DNA of 63,972 nucleotides, the filler included, from Stramenopiles sp. TOSAG23-2 (lineage: Eukaryota): the NCBI GenBank assembly GCA_900128395.1. It is 11 parts of 11 records of this genome, joined end to end, with 100 filler letters (N's around TTAATTAATTAA, not from the genome) between each part and the next. Parts side by side here need not be neighbours in the genome. Positions count along the whole stretch, not along the records: positions 1 to 8,199 come from LT650229.1; positions 8,300 to 16,478 come from LT650230.1; 9 more parts are not named here. The stretch is one strand, 5' to 3'. Of this stretch, positions 1-12,796 are shown piece by piece (positions within the stretch are counted from its first letter, which is position 1; every line of letters starts with the position of its first letter). The notes under the pieces were generated by a model. The model saw only the letters and a program-made list of their open reading frames with translations. It did no database searches and was not told the origin of the DNA. The translations under genes were made by a program, and so were the position numbers.

Positions 1-371
1 ATATTTTTAAATGTGAGAATGTAATTTTATTTTTTGATATATTTTTATTTCATTTTAAAAAAATATATAAATTTTCATTGAAATAATATTAATATAAATG
101 GAATACCAACATGTGCTTGATTTTGGAGTGGAATAAGATTGGTACCCACACAATTGTTTTCATTTATAAATATATATTATATATATATATATATATGCAT
201 ATATCAATATATATAATTAGTATGATATATATATATATATATTGTATGATGATTAATAAATGTACTCATATGTTGCTATGATACTTTCATTTAATTGCAA
301 AAGATATAGAGATCCAAAATTGATTCTACATAACAATAAGACAAAATTAGAATACATTGGTTATATCCAAT

Positions 372-3300
372 TTAAGGAAAACTATAATTGTACATGGCAG
401 GGTCTGGCTGAGAGAGGTTCATTGGCATGCCATAGTAATCGAGCTGCCCTTCTGGCATAGACTCGGCGGTGAATCCGGCGGTGTTATTGTAACTTGAATA
501 CTCGCACGATCCACACCAGTCCATGTCCCCTGGTGGGCATATTTCACCCTCTTCTAGAGCAGTAGCATGAGGATCATAGTTATCGGCGTTCAAGTCAGTA
601 CAGCCGTATATTTTTTCTGGCCATACGCAATTCGCACCACTTTCATCGCTTACCATCTTAGAGTACACAAACTCGCCATCGCTTGAATACGTCATCCCAC
701 ACTCATCGCAGGACATGACATGTGTTTGTGTCTCCTCGCACCATGGGTCAAGAACCTCCATAAATTCGTTACTTTCCTCAGTATAGTTAGAAGTGTAGTT
801 CACCTCAACCCATGTTTCATATGTTGTCCCATCGTCTTCAACGGTAATTGTATGATTATATTCTGGAATGTGATCATCAATAGGTTCAAAATGCGTTGTG
901 ACAATGCTTTGAAAGCTACAAAATCCATTTCCATCGTCATGCGATGCTGTCGATTCTCCGTCTTTCCATTGAGTACACCAATCACAGCTATCTGTGCACC
1001 ACGCACCATAATCAGTTGCGCAATACATCTGTGAGGTTGTGGAACCCCAATCCCAACCAAATTGACTTGGTTTTAAGCATTTCTCAGCAACCATTTCTTT
1101 TGTAGCCATACAGGAAGTGGCATCATATTTTTGATGATCTGGACCATGCGGTGGTCTAAACGGAAACCCAGGGCAATCATCCTGGCAAGAGTCTGACCAG
1201 CTGAGGCATTGTCGTGTTGCTGGACACCAAACTTTCCATTCTGCAGCGCAACTCTCTTTGGTTGCTTCGACGCAGGTGCGTGTGGACCCGCCGGATGACC
1301 AGTCCCACTTGACCATAGAATAGGTGCCACATTGCTCACTGCATGACTTATCATCACTCCATTCTGTATAATCTGTCTGTATAACGGGGTCGTCATTACT
1401 GTTGAATGGGAAATTGGTAGGGCGGAGACACTTTTTAGTTAATGGGCAATACGCTTGCACTTCTCTTTGTTCCCAGGTTCCCCAACGGCTCTCAACATTG
1501 GCTGTTGCCTCAGGACATGCAGAGTCGCACACTCCATCCTCACGGTTTGGTATTGCAAAATTCAGCACCTTTTCAACTTCCTGGTGTGGCCAAGTATTCC
1601 AATCCCATTCCATCACAGTATCCGTACAATCCGTGCAATCTACGGAGCACGTTTGGCTCCCTTCGCACCAATAGTGACCATTGTTTTTGCACTCTTGTCG
1701 CATGTCTTTCTGTTCAATACATACATTCGATTTATTTACGGGCAATGGCTTATACTGTACATTTGCAGGGGTGTGTGTATCGTTCTTATCGTCTATGCGA
1801 ATAGGAACATAACAATTGTGGCAATCCATCACACATTCACCAGTAAATGTTCCATCTTCCATCGCAGTTTGATCGTTCGGGCACCATATCATACCAGCTC
1901 TTGTACAGGCGTCTTCGTCGGCAACTTCGCATGTTCGGTCTGGACCATCAGCCACTGTACCGTGATCAACATGTTTCTTTTTTGCATAGAAATTGTTAGT
2001 ATCTTCATCGAACGCCATGCATTCAGTTGCACAGTACTCAACGTCATACTCAAGTGATACTCTACCGGTTTGAATGGAGCAATGGAAAAATCCAGGCTTG
2101 ACATACTCAGGATTGGGATAACAGGTATTATTGGTCGATTGCTGATCAAGTGGTGCCATGCCTGGTTCGTCATGAACACACCCGGAGCAATTAGCATTTG
2201 TTTCACGAGATGTAGGACAATAATATAATCCAGAATCCAAATCTCTTGGGCGTACACACTCGCCATCAACGTTTTCAGCTGGTTTCCCGTCACACCATTC
2301 ACATTTATCACGGCATTCAGTACTCCACTGTGTCTTACATAAAAATTGCGACTTAGCCTGACACGAGCCCTTTGTAACTGGTTTGCACGTACTTGCATTG
2401 CCATAGAATGTATAATCGTTGTTTGAATGGAATCTTACTCCTTGGTCAGCTCGAGTTGCGATCAGCTCGGTATAATGAGTGGTATAAATACCACTTCCCC
2501 CCATAGGCTTTTGGCAAGCCCAGTCTTCACATTGGTCAACACAATTTTGATTCAGCTCACAAAACACTTTGCCAAGTCGTTGGCAAATGTTTGGGTTTGG
2601 AATTGCACAAACGTGGCTTTTTGGGTCCCCGATGAGCTCTGGCGAGTGGGTGAGATCAATACCATATATTCCTGTACTGTTACCGCGAGGATGACAATCG
2701 CGACCGCAGTAATCCACGCATTTCCGGCTTTCTGCACAGTACATCTGTCCATTGGCGGAACAAGTCGGCCCGGAAGGGGTAGCACATATTCTCACACGTT
2801 CTGGGTGGTCGAACACGGAACCATCCCTGCAGTTGGAACAATGTCCATCTATTATAGGGACGCAGGCTGCCTGGCCAGCTTTTGTGGCTCTACAGTAAGC
2901 CGTCATATCTTCACAGCCTACAGGCTGTGTAGATTCAACTTTTGCTAAATTGTCATTGCCCGGAAGGCTGTGGCATTGTTGCGTCATATTGTTGTAAATG
3001 CAACCAGGGGCCATTTCGCATGCATTCCCACTAGAATGTTCCATGCATTTCTTGTCTGTCCCGTCACTTTTACACATGGAACATTCAGGGCAACTTGGAG
3101 TAAAACCAGGAATATCGCTCGATATATCAAATCCTGCACAGAATTCTGACTCAGAAGCATAAGTAGGGAAGAATTCTTGAAAGAAATGATAATCAACTTT
3201 AATGCCATCCGAAATATGAATGGGACCGTGGCCCATATCGCTGAGTTCAATTACCGGACAATTACAGTCAGTCTCATGGCGAATCGTTAAGTCCACCGGA

Positions 3301-6300
3301 TATATTGCGGAAACCAAACTATCTGTGTTCATTGATGACGTGTCGCATATGAAGAATTCATCTTTTCCATTCGAACGAGCAACATCTCTGGTCATTTGAC
3401 CAGTCCCAGGACAGCATTTTATTGCATCGCCTGTTGCATGAAGACAGTCGTTTGCAATACGATTGGCAACTTTCGTTGGAAATGTCGCCTGGCCCGAAAG
3501 GGTAACTGCGTCCAAGGAAACAACGCCACAGTAATCAATGCTCAAACATATTTTTTTGCCTCCATTGGGAATGTCAAAAAATATTCGAAACTCTCCTTTT
3601 TCTTTGTCCCCAAAAACTACCGACGGCAGCCCGGTCGATTCGTCTATATTGAAATCGTCCCAACACATTCTTTCCTTTGCTTTGCTCGAGCATGCTGTAA
3701 CATTCGTTTCGTCATACGTAAATTCTTCTTCAGACAACAATTTTCGACCTCTTCCTGCTTTTCTTTTTGCCTTCGCCTCCTGCCTCTTCTCAATCCTTTT
3801 TTCTTTTGCCTCCGCTTTTCTATTTGCTTTGTCAGCTAACCTTTGGTCTTTCTTCTCCTGTTTTCGGGTTTCTTCATCCGCTTTTCTTTTTTCTTGCCTT
3901 TTAGTCTTTGCTTCTTCCTTTTTCTTCTTTTTTTCTTCTTTTTGCTCTTCAATGAAATCATCCGGGCCGTTCACATTATGTTCAAATGTTGTTCGTAAAG
4001 GGTTCTCTGGCGTACGTTCATAAGTGACAACTGAAGAACAGCTGGGCATCGATCTTGTACCATTGCACTTAAAACGTGGTGGTACGTCGATCATTGGTTC
4101 GTCTAAATGTCCAACTCTTCTGCCGCTTCCATCGCTAGAACGGAGATCACGAGGCGCTTGAATTCTGCGGGCAGAGTCAGTCTCGATACCAGTATCGTTT
4201 CGTCGCCTTTGATCTCTTTCAAGACGAGTCTCAATTCTAGTGTCCCTTGGTTCTGGTCTTCTTCCACTGTCACGTTCACGATCATGATCAATTCTCCCCC
4301 GCATGTCATGGTCTACTCTATCGCGTCTTTCCATTTCTTCTCTTTCATTGCGTGGATCCGGCCGGGCCATTTCCTCTCTAATTTCGTTCGCACGAGTTTG
4401 AATTGACCGTTCGTCTCTTTCATCACGTGCATAGCGTTCTTCACGTTCACGTTCAATACGTGCATCACGTTCATCACGTGCATCACGTGCATCACGTTCA
4501 TCATACCCTCCTCGTTCATCACGCCCGTCCTCCTGGCTTGCATAACGTTCCTCACGTTCACGGTCAGTAGCACGTGGGTCGCGAAGCTGCATTTGGACTT
4601 GTCCTCTTTCACCATCGCCTGTCAACGATTGAGAACGTTCTGTTTCCGCACGCACCTCTTCGCGGGCAGTTGCAATTGCTTCTTTTTCGCATTCATTGTA
4701 TCTTTGACACAATGCATCACATCTTGCATCCGGTCTTACGGTGGAAAATCTATCGCCCGCACACCCGTTACATATTTCGTCTCCATCATGAATTGCGCCA
4801 CGGCAATCTTGAATTATTGGAGTGCGCTCTTCCCTAATAGATTCACGTGTTTCTTCAGTACCTCTACTTCTCTCCGTTGCATCTGATCGGGTTGCTGTCT
4901 CTCTTCGAGTATCCCTTACTACTCTTTGGGGGTCTTCCCTTGGCGGATTCCTTCTCTCTACATCCCTAGGAGGACTTCTCATGTCGGTTTCTCTCTCCCG
5001 AAACGTTTCAGTAACGGCAGAACGCCCCCCTTCGTTTCTCCTCCTGTCAACACGTTCGTTCACAACTTCCGTCGTGCGAGTTTGAATTCTACCTGTGCCA
5101 CCCATTTCAGTATTATCCCTTGTTTGCCCCCGCAATTTACGCAATCTGCGACCGTAGTCGTGTTGCTTTAGTCGACGGTATGCCGTGTTTGTTGCAGGAT
5201 GGAATTGCACTTCATGCATACGGGAGAAGTGCATACCCCCATCAGTTGTTGGCTCCGGTGGAAATGTCATATAAGTACAATCGGAAATCCCGTGCTCCAT
5301 TGCCTCCATAGCAGCACCAATACCAATCAAGGCATCAACAGCCTCATCGAGATGATAATCAGCAAGATGAGCTTCATTGTTCACTTCAAAGTCTGGGTAA
5401 GCGGCCATCGGATTATCTACTTCATGGCTCCAAGTCTCTCCAGTTTCCCAATAATGTTCATAGTCAAAACTTGCCGGGGTGCAAGGTTGGGTACCATCCA
5501 TTAGACAATCCTTAGACACATCCATTGCATGTTGCTGTGCTGCATCTGCAGTTTGCACAATTTCGTACATATGATCTACGAGGTACGTCTCTGCATTAAA
5601 GATATTTTGCTCTGCTCGAAACGACAAGGCAGCAGAATGTTGTGTATGGTTTGCATGATGGAGTTCAAATTCAGCTTCAGCCATGTCGTCATTACATGGT
5701 TCAACAATGGAATGATAATACTCATATTGTTCAGCTGCAGCTGTAGTTGTAAGCGTTGTTTGATATCCAAGACATGTTTCCTTGACTTCCTCGTAATGTA
5801 ACTCTGCCTCGTTCGCATGATCCATCGCAATCTTCATTTCTTTATAAGTGTGAGTCTGGTCGCATGTCTTTCCACCACAATCTGCTGCAGCTTGTGATTC
5901 TGCATACTCAACAGGTGCAACAAAATTATCCCCAGGGAGTGCAAATGACTCTTCCCCGTAGTATTCAGGAGGTGCAATGCCTCCGTCTATGGTTGCTTTA
6001 AAGGCACCGTTCATCCAATCCTCATTTCCAAGTTCGTGGGCGAGCTCCAAGGCATGGTCCCCATGTGGCCCCAGTTCAAATGCGGGTGCGGCAGTGCCAA
6101 TATCCTGCATCATTGCTGGATCGTACTCATGCGCAGATCCTTCCATAAATTCCATTAATCGACGTCTAGTCTTATGGTGCGCCCTTGCAATACGACGGGT
6201 GCGAAGGTGCGTCTTTCTGACCATGCGTAACATTCTACGATGAAATGAATGCCTTGATAAAGCATGTCGTTTTGCAGCAAGTCGTCTTTTTCGAGCCCGA

Positions 6301-8199
6301 AGCCTGCGCGTGGCATGGTATTCCGTGTTTGGTGAGCCTTCCGGTAGGTCATTAATCATAGTGTTGATATCGTCATTGTCGATGCCATATTGATGAGCGG
6401 GGTTGCAGTCTTCTACCATTACTCCACCGTCAGCACACGTATACATTGTCAAGTCGTCAGGTGAAACAGCTGCTACCAAATTTCGGTACGCGTGGGCGGC
6501 AAGAAGAGGGTGGTATTTCGCCTTGACATTCTTTCGATGCGTTTTGGTTTTTTTCGTGCTTAACCGACGATGTTTCTCTTTAAGTCGTCTCACCTGCTCC
6601 GTTATAGCCCCCTCATGCATTTCCATACAATTGCCTGCCATTGGCCCCATCGCCATTGCATCCATACCATCCCCTGGAGGAATGGTTGGTGCGGCATTAT
6701 ATTCGATTGGAGCTGTAATACATTCATGATCACCACACGTCATAGCGCCATCAAAGTTCACAACAGCCCCTGGTGCGACTGCATCTGCCATATTTTGGCA
6801 ATGCAAGCCATGGCAATAGGTGTGCTGTTCCTTCATCATAATATCATCCATGCCATCAGGTGTATGTGTAACCATGGTTGTTTCTCCATGGCACATGGAA
6901 ACACCTGTAGTATCGTCTGTGATGTAACTGCCTTCAATTTCAATCATGTCATGGTGAGCGTCGTGTGTAACGGTTCCGTGTTCTTCGCGAAATAAATGAT
7001 GAATATCATGCTCGACATTGTCATCGTCTATATATGTCCCCATTACGTATGATTGAACACCCGGATCGTTAATGGTGCATGGTTCGCCCGCTTCTGAATG
7101 ATCACATTGCCTCATCTCAGTATAATCATAATTGTACGCCGCACTAGGAGGTGGAGGTTCACATATTGCTGGATGATCCATATAGGTCAATTCCTTCTTT
7201 ACAGGATCAAAAGTGGCCATATCAACGTCTGGCGACGTATCCATGGCAAATTCATTTGGTCTCATATTCACCGGGGATGAAGTAGCTTTGGCTTTTACAT
7301 AGCATGCATTGTCGTGAGGAAGCATCATATCGCCTTCATGCCTGTCTGGGTTCAAATTCGTTGCATCACCAAGTAGCCCAGCTGCCACCGCGTCTTTCTG
7401 CAACGATTTTGAGATACCGATAGTACCATCTGCCCCAATATGAACATGCCCTTCCGCATCGGCTGGTCCACCGCCTGCGACTACGAAATCAGCCATATTA
7501 GCAAAGCCTGGGCTAGTTTCTAGAGGCATCATCACGCCCTCCAATGTCATATCCTCGATAGCATCGTTTCCTGGACATTCGATAGTAATCTCTGAAATAG
7601 TCTCAAAGTGTTCTGGACTCGTTGTCCCGTCTACAACAAAAGCTCGCGGAGCCCCTTTTGTAATAGTAGGTATTAATCCAGAATACATTTCGGCTGCATT
7701 CCAATTAGCCATTCCATCAGTCATTACCCCATTTACTGCTACATCAGCGGCTTTTATTTCTTTAGCGAGCCATTCAACATCAGTTTGCGTCATGGTTATC
7801 GGGGCCTCCTCTGTTCCAATTCCATATCGCATCATATTCTCGTCTATTATTGGTGCAGGGGCAGCATCAGGAGCGTTAGGATCAGCGACAGGATTCATCA
7901 TCGTAGGGCAATCATGTGTTGGAGCAATCTGAACCGCTGCTCCATCATTATACAAACAGACGGAGCATTTAAGGCATTCGGGATCAACTAATGATGGGAA
8001 CGGTGCAACGACCCCAGTAGTTTGTTCTGTTTCAATGACTTGTTTACATTTATCACAGTGGGCCATTTTTTCTTGCTGATGAATTGCCTGTTTTTCTTTT
8101 GCCGTTTTACCCTCATTAGCCATATACTGGGTTTCCAAACTCGTATCGGCAGCATTGAGAGGCTCGTTAGGCATCGGTGCCGTTTCCATTGCTTCAGGT
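372..8199 (-). CDS. Giant (at least 2605 aa) acidic, Cys-rich probable extracellular protein with RRL-containing basic linkers, an R/E/D-rich low-complexity block and C-terminal Cys repeats; probably 5'-truncated at the contig end
   Basis: Uninterrupted 7.8-kb ORF running to the contig edge; about 11 degenerate C-x3-G-x2-[WYF]C-x5-C-V-x2-C repeats; terminal YGCTDLNADNYDPHA motif. Confidence 0.85.
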
Positions 8200-8299
8200 N
8201 NNNNNNNNNNNNNNNNNNNNNNNNNNNNNNNNNNNNNNNNNNNTTAATTAATTAANNNNNNNNNNNNNNNNNNNNNNNNNNNNNNNNNNNNNNNNNNNN
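8200..8299. other. Artificial contig-joining linker N44-TTAATTAATTAA-N44 (stops in all six frames)
   Basis: Identical 100-nt linkers at 8200, 16479, 24743, 33006, 41259, 49500, 57741, 59300, 60858 and 62416; a separate plain 152-N scaffold gap at 60288-60439. Confidence 0.98.
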
Positions 8300-8932
8300 C
8301 TATTACGGCTTATTTCGTTTGGACATTTGATTTACCTGCTATTACGGCTTATTTCGTTTGGACATTTTTTTACGTACTTGAAACGCATTTACTACGAGGC
8401 TTACCAATCAAAAAAATCTAATAAAAGTTCTACACCCTTGATGTTGTTAACACACTCTATATAGATAGAGACTTTTACTGATATATATATACTAATTCAT
8501 TTATACCTATATATAGATAGAGACTTGTACTGATATATATACTTAAAATAAATTTTATTCATTTACTTAATTTTCTATATATTTTCATTATGATTCCTTT
8601 ATACATTTGAAACCCCTATACACATTAACATCTGGGCAGGGAATAAAAATAATCTCTCAAAAGTCACATCCAAGAAGGGCGATAATTTTGAAAAAACAAT
8701 CCCCTATATATATTCAATAAATTAGTATTCTTTATCTGTACTTATTCTTTTCGATTACAAGTTAAGGTGTATGTGTATTATTTATTTATTATTTTTTTTT
8801 GATTTCAACAACATAAATTCATTTGAATATTTCTATATAAATTTAGATACAAATTCAAAAGTGCAACAAAGCAAACAAATACAATATAAAAGTCGTCTAT
8901 AATTCAACAAACAAATATATATAAAGAAAAAG

Positions 8933-9114
8933 TCATTATGGAACGTTCATCAATCGAATGGGAGGGAAAAACCATGCAACAATTGGAAATGGAATGGAAT
9001 CATATTTTATCGCCACCTAATGATCATTATGGAACGTTCATCAATCGAATGGGAGGGAAAAACCATGCAACAATTGGAAATGGAATGGAATCATATTTTA
9101 TCGCCACCTAATGA
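8933..9114 (+). repeat. Exact 91-nt tandem duplication of the start of the PTP gene (probable assembly artefact)
   Basis: tcattatggaacg...cctaatga at 8933 and 9024; ATGs at 8938 and 9029. Confidence 0.85.
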
Positions 9115-10576
9115 TAATGACCATTGTACATTAAATAATAGTGGTCTTATTGATATTGGTAGTAAATTCCCGTCGTTATGTAGATATTGTAATATTATAC
9201 CATACGATAGAACGTTAGTTAAAGTGGACAATGGTACTAAATTTTTGAATGCATCTATGATCCCGTTAATTGAAAATGAGGCTGAAAGGAAAATGAATAT
9301 TATTATTTCACAAGCACCAATTTTATCAGAAGAAGTAGATACAAGAAATAGAATGTGGCGGTGTATATTTCAAAATAATGTCAATATTATTGTTGCACTT
9401 GCAAAAGTGGAAGATGGATTTACCGGTTGTAGTCCATATTATCCTGTTGATTTAACAAATTCAACCATAGAATGGACAACCATGGAAGAGCAAATAAGTG
9501 TTACTTTATTGAAAAAGCCAATTCAACTTGCTGAAGGACTTGAGCTTCGTATAATTGAAATTAAAGTACCAGAGGAGGAACAACCAAAAATAGTCCATCA
9601 TTATTTATATGATAAATGGCCAAATTATGGTATACCAAAATCAACAAAGGAAATACGAGTATTAGCAAAACTAGTATTGGAGGAAGAAAATGATGGAAAA
9701 CTACTATCGCCAATATTGATACATTGTAGCGGTGGTGTTGGTAGAAGTGGCGTCTTTGCAACAATATTAGCAGCAATAAGCATGGGTAAAAACAATGTTA
9801 AAAAAATGTCTTCTTCCAATAATAATAATAACAACAACGACAATCAAATTGATTTTTCCTTGGTTCCCATTATACAAAAATTAAGAAATTATCGACATCC
9901 ATGGTGTGTAGAAACGTTTCCACAATTACAATACACATATTTAACAATTTTAGATGCATGGAAAGATATGAGTCAAAAAAATAATAATTCTACAGTTAGT
10001 AATACAAAAAGTAATAATGCTGCTGCTTCTAAAATTTCCTCTTTTTTTCAACGGAGAAGGAAAAATAATAATAATAATGTAAAGACAAAAAATAAAGCAG
10101 AAAATTATTTAGCACCTTTCAACCCAACTGATAAAACTGCTATACAAGAAGTTGTTAGTCTAGCAAATTTTACATCATCTGATGTTTTATACGATTTAGG
10201 ATGTGGTGATGGGCGTGTATTAATTGAAGCTGTTCGTTCATCGGAATTAAAATCAGCTATTGGTGTTGAATATGATAAATCATATGCAGATCGAGCAATG
10301 AAAGCAGTTGCTGATGGTGGTTTAAATGATAAAATAAAAATTATACATGGAGATGCATGTAAAGTGGATATGAGCGATGCGACTGTTTTATTTGTTTATC
10401 TCGTACCTGAAGGATTAATGAAGATACGACCGAAATTATTAGAAATGTTAAACAAAGGTGGTTGTCGTATTTTAAGTAATATATTTAGTATCCCTGATGT
10501 TCAACCTGCTCATGTATTTGAATATACAAAAGCAAAATTGAAATTATATTTGTATGAAAGTGTGTCATCTTCATAA
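9029..10576 (+). CDS. Protein tyrosine phosphatase domain fused to a class I SAM-dependent methyltransferase (FAM173/aKMT-like)
   Basis: PTP motifs RYxxIxPYD, FLNAS, IISQAP, WPNYGIP and IHCSGGVGRSG; methyltransferase motifs LAPFNPT, LYDLGCGDGRV, GVE, GDA and VLFVYL. Confidence 0.88.
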   Translation: MERSSIEWEGKTMQQLEMEWNHILSPPNDNDHCTLNNSGLIDIGSKFPSLCRYCNIIPYDRTLVKVDNGTKFLNASMIPLIENEAERKMNIIISQAPILSEEVDTRNRMWRCIFQNNVNIIVALAKVEDGFTGCSPYYPVDLTNSTIEWTTMEEQISVTLLKKPIQLAEGLELRIIEIKVPEEEQPKIVHHYLYDKWPNYGIPKSTKEIRVLAKLVLEEENDGKLLSPILIHCSGGVGRSGVFATILAAISMGKNNVKKMSSSNNNNNNNDNQIDFSLVPIIQKLRNYRHPWCVETFPQLQYTYLTILDAWKDMSQKNNNSTVSNTKSNNAAASKISSFFQRRRKNNNNNVKTKNKAENYLAPFNPTDKTAIQEVVSLANFTSSDVLYDLGCGDGRVLIEAVRSSELKSAIGVEYDKSYADRAMKAVADGGLNDKIKIIHGDACKVDMSDATVLFVYLVPEGLMKIRPKLLEMLNKGGCRILSNIFSIPDVQPAHVFEYTKAKLKLYLYESVSSS

Positions 10577-10940
10577 AAATATTGCTGCTGTGTGTATGAT
10601 GGTGTACATATAATGATGTGATATTATTATATGATTTAATGATGGGGATGATCAGGATGAACACATATTGATAGCAGAAAGTATTATGATACGTATATTG
10701 CACACTCAAGAGTGTGTATTTTTGGAGAAAATAATATCATGTGGGCGAAATGTGTGATCAAAACAATGATTCCATTTTTATACATCTTGCAAAAGTGGTG
10801 CTGATTATTATGATTATGATGAGGGCAACAATTATTAAATATTTTATATATTATCATAATTAAACACATGTTTGGTAAAATAGAAATTTTAGACGAATTA
10901 AATCAAATATATACGAGGTATATAATACGAAGTATATATA

Positions 10941-12065
10941 TCAATACACGCTATAACCACGACTAGCACGCATTTGCCTTTCTAATTTCTTTTTTCTTTG
11001 TAATTTTTTTTTACGTAATTTTTCTTTTCTATCTTTTTTATATTTAATTCTAGCTTCTTCTTTTAATTCTTCCCATTTTGCAAGGGAACGAAAAACATGA
11101 CAATTAGCCCGCATATCTTTAAACTTGGATGAACCCCATTTCATTAACCAACGTTGCTCTTGTGCAATGAAAGGTCGGAAAATTTTGTCATGTGTACGGA
11201 CATCTAACATTTTAAATTCACCTTTTACATGGGTTTTGTTATATTCTTCCTTTGCTCTTTCTTCATATTCTATACGTTTACGTGCTAATGTTTCTTCTTT
11301 TGTTAAATATTCTTCCTTTGCCTCTTTTTCATTTGGATCTAATGGATTAACTGGTGTCATATTATATACAGGTTGTAATTCTTGTGCTAATGTTCGTTGC
11401 GCAATTAATGCTAATATATCTTGATTTAATGTATGTTCCGTTTTCAATAATTTCTTTTTACTTGTTGGTGGATATACAATATTTCTATTTACAGTGCTTA
11501 CAAATCCTTTACTTTTTAATTTTGCAGGTGAAGTTTGTGGCCTTTGTTTTCCATTATTTACTCCACGTTGTTCCCATCGTTTTTTTTGTGCAGTTTTATC
11601 TTTTTTATCAAATAATTCGACTGCAACGGACCATTTTGCTAATTGTATAGTACTTTCATCATATACTAATGATTTACCACCATGATTTTTTACAAATTTA
11701 TTATTATTGTTGTTGTTGTTGTATTGTTGACCTTTGACTGGGGATGTATTTGGTCGTCGAGAACGTCTACTACTTTTACCTCTTTTTTTCTTTGCACTTT
11801 TTTTACGAAAACGTGCTCCAGAGACTGTATTTGGACGTGATCTCATTTTGCTTTTACGAAAACGTATTCCAGATACAGTATTTGGACGTGCATCATTATT
11901 GAATTCTCCGAATTGATTGTTATTATTCATATTAATATTATTAGATTGTTGTTGTAGAAATGGAAAAAGTTTTGGTGATGATATTGTTCCATTATTAAAC
12001 GTATAATAATTTGATGGTGTTGGTTTACCAATTGCTGCACCTGCTGTTGCCGGACGTCGCATCAT
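10941..12065 (-). CDS. Hypothetical basic protein with repeated RPxT(A/S/V) motifs and a C-terminal Lys-rich coiled coil
   Basis: 374-aa ATG ORF; RPATAG, RPNTVSG twice, RPNTSP, RPQTSP. Confidence 0.75.
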   Translation of the reverse strand: MMRRPATAGAAIGKPTPSNYYTFNNGTISSPKLFPFLQQQSNNINMNNNNQFGEFNNDARPNTVSGIRFRKSKMRSRPNTVSGARFRKKSAKKKRGKSSRRSRRPNTSPVKGQQYNNNNNNNKFVKNHGGKSLVYDESTIQLAKWSVAVELFDKKDKTAQKKRWEQRGVNNGKQRPQTSPAKLKSKGFVSTVNRNIVYPPTSKKKLLKTEHTLNQDILALIAQRTLAQELQPVYNMTPVNPLDPNEKEAKEEYLTKEETLARKRIEYEERAKEEYNKTHVKGEFKMLDVRTHDKIFRPFIAQEQRWLMKWGSSKFKDMRANCHVFRSLAKWEELKEEARIKYKKDRKEKLRKKKLQRKKKLERQMRASRGYSVY

Positions 12066-12796
12066 GGTAATGATGGTTCAACACTATATTTATTATTATA
12101 TTTATTACTATATCACAATCGAGCTTAATCTTTTATATTCTTTTTTGAAATACAATAATAAAATTGTCCTCTTGTTCTTTCTGCATATATATCCATCTCT
12201 CTTCTTTGCTATATAACTTTTGTTAAATATTATTACAAATCTATATAACAGCTAGTTTTTTTTTAATAACTTCTTCTTCTCTTTGCAGGTGCCTTTTGTA
12301 CAGTCTTTTGTTATTTACCACCAACACAGCATTCCCTAAACCATAACACCACATAACCTTAAATATAACATATTATAGGATCATTATAGCATCACACAGC
12401 ATTATCTATATTTTTATACATTTTTTTTTGGTCCTTGTTGTTCAAAAACCTGTGTGGTTTCCATAGTATTCACCTGCTATAGAGGTATTTTTGCATTTTT
12501 GCCGGGTTTAGATCCATTTCGTACTTATAATCTTATAATATACTAAATATTATAATATACCTATCAAATATATCAAAATATTATATATTTTTTCATCATC
12601 ATCATCAAAAACTACTAAAACTATAAAATAAAATATAATACATTATTAAAAGGTTGTTTGGTGTAGAAGAGAGAGATAGAAATGGGAAGAGTGTGATGAA
12701 TATATATATTATATACGTAAAAGAGATCGTTTTTTTTTTTCTTTTTCCAAGCAATATATAGATCGATATTTAGAAAATAAAAGAATATAGAAAAAA

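Noticed and set aside
260-8255. Numerous short plus-strand and alternate-frame ORFs, and similar ones over other long genes
   Set aside because: Shadow ORFs of long coding regions, with no motifs.
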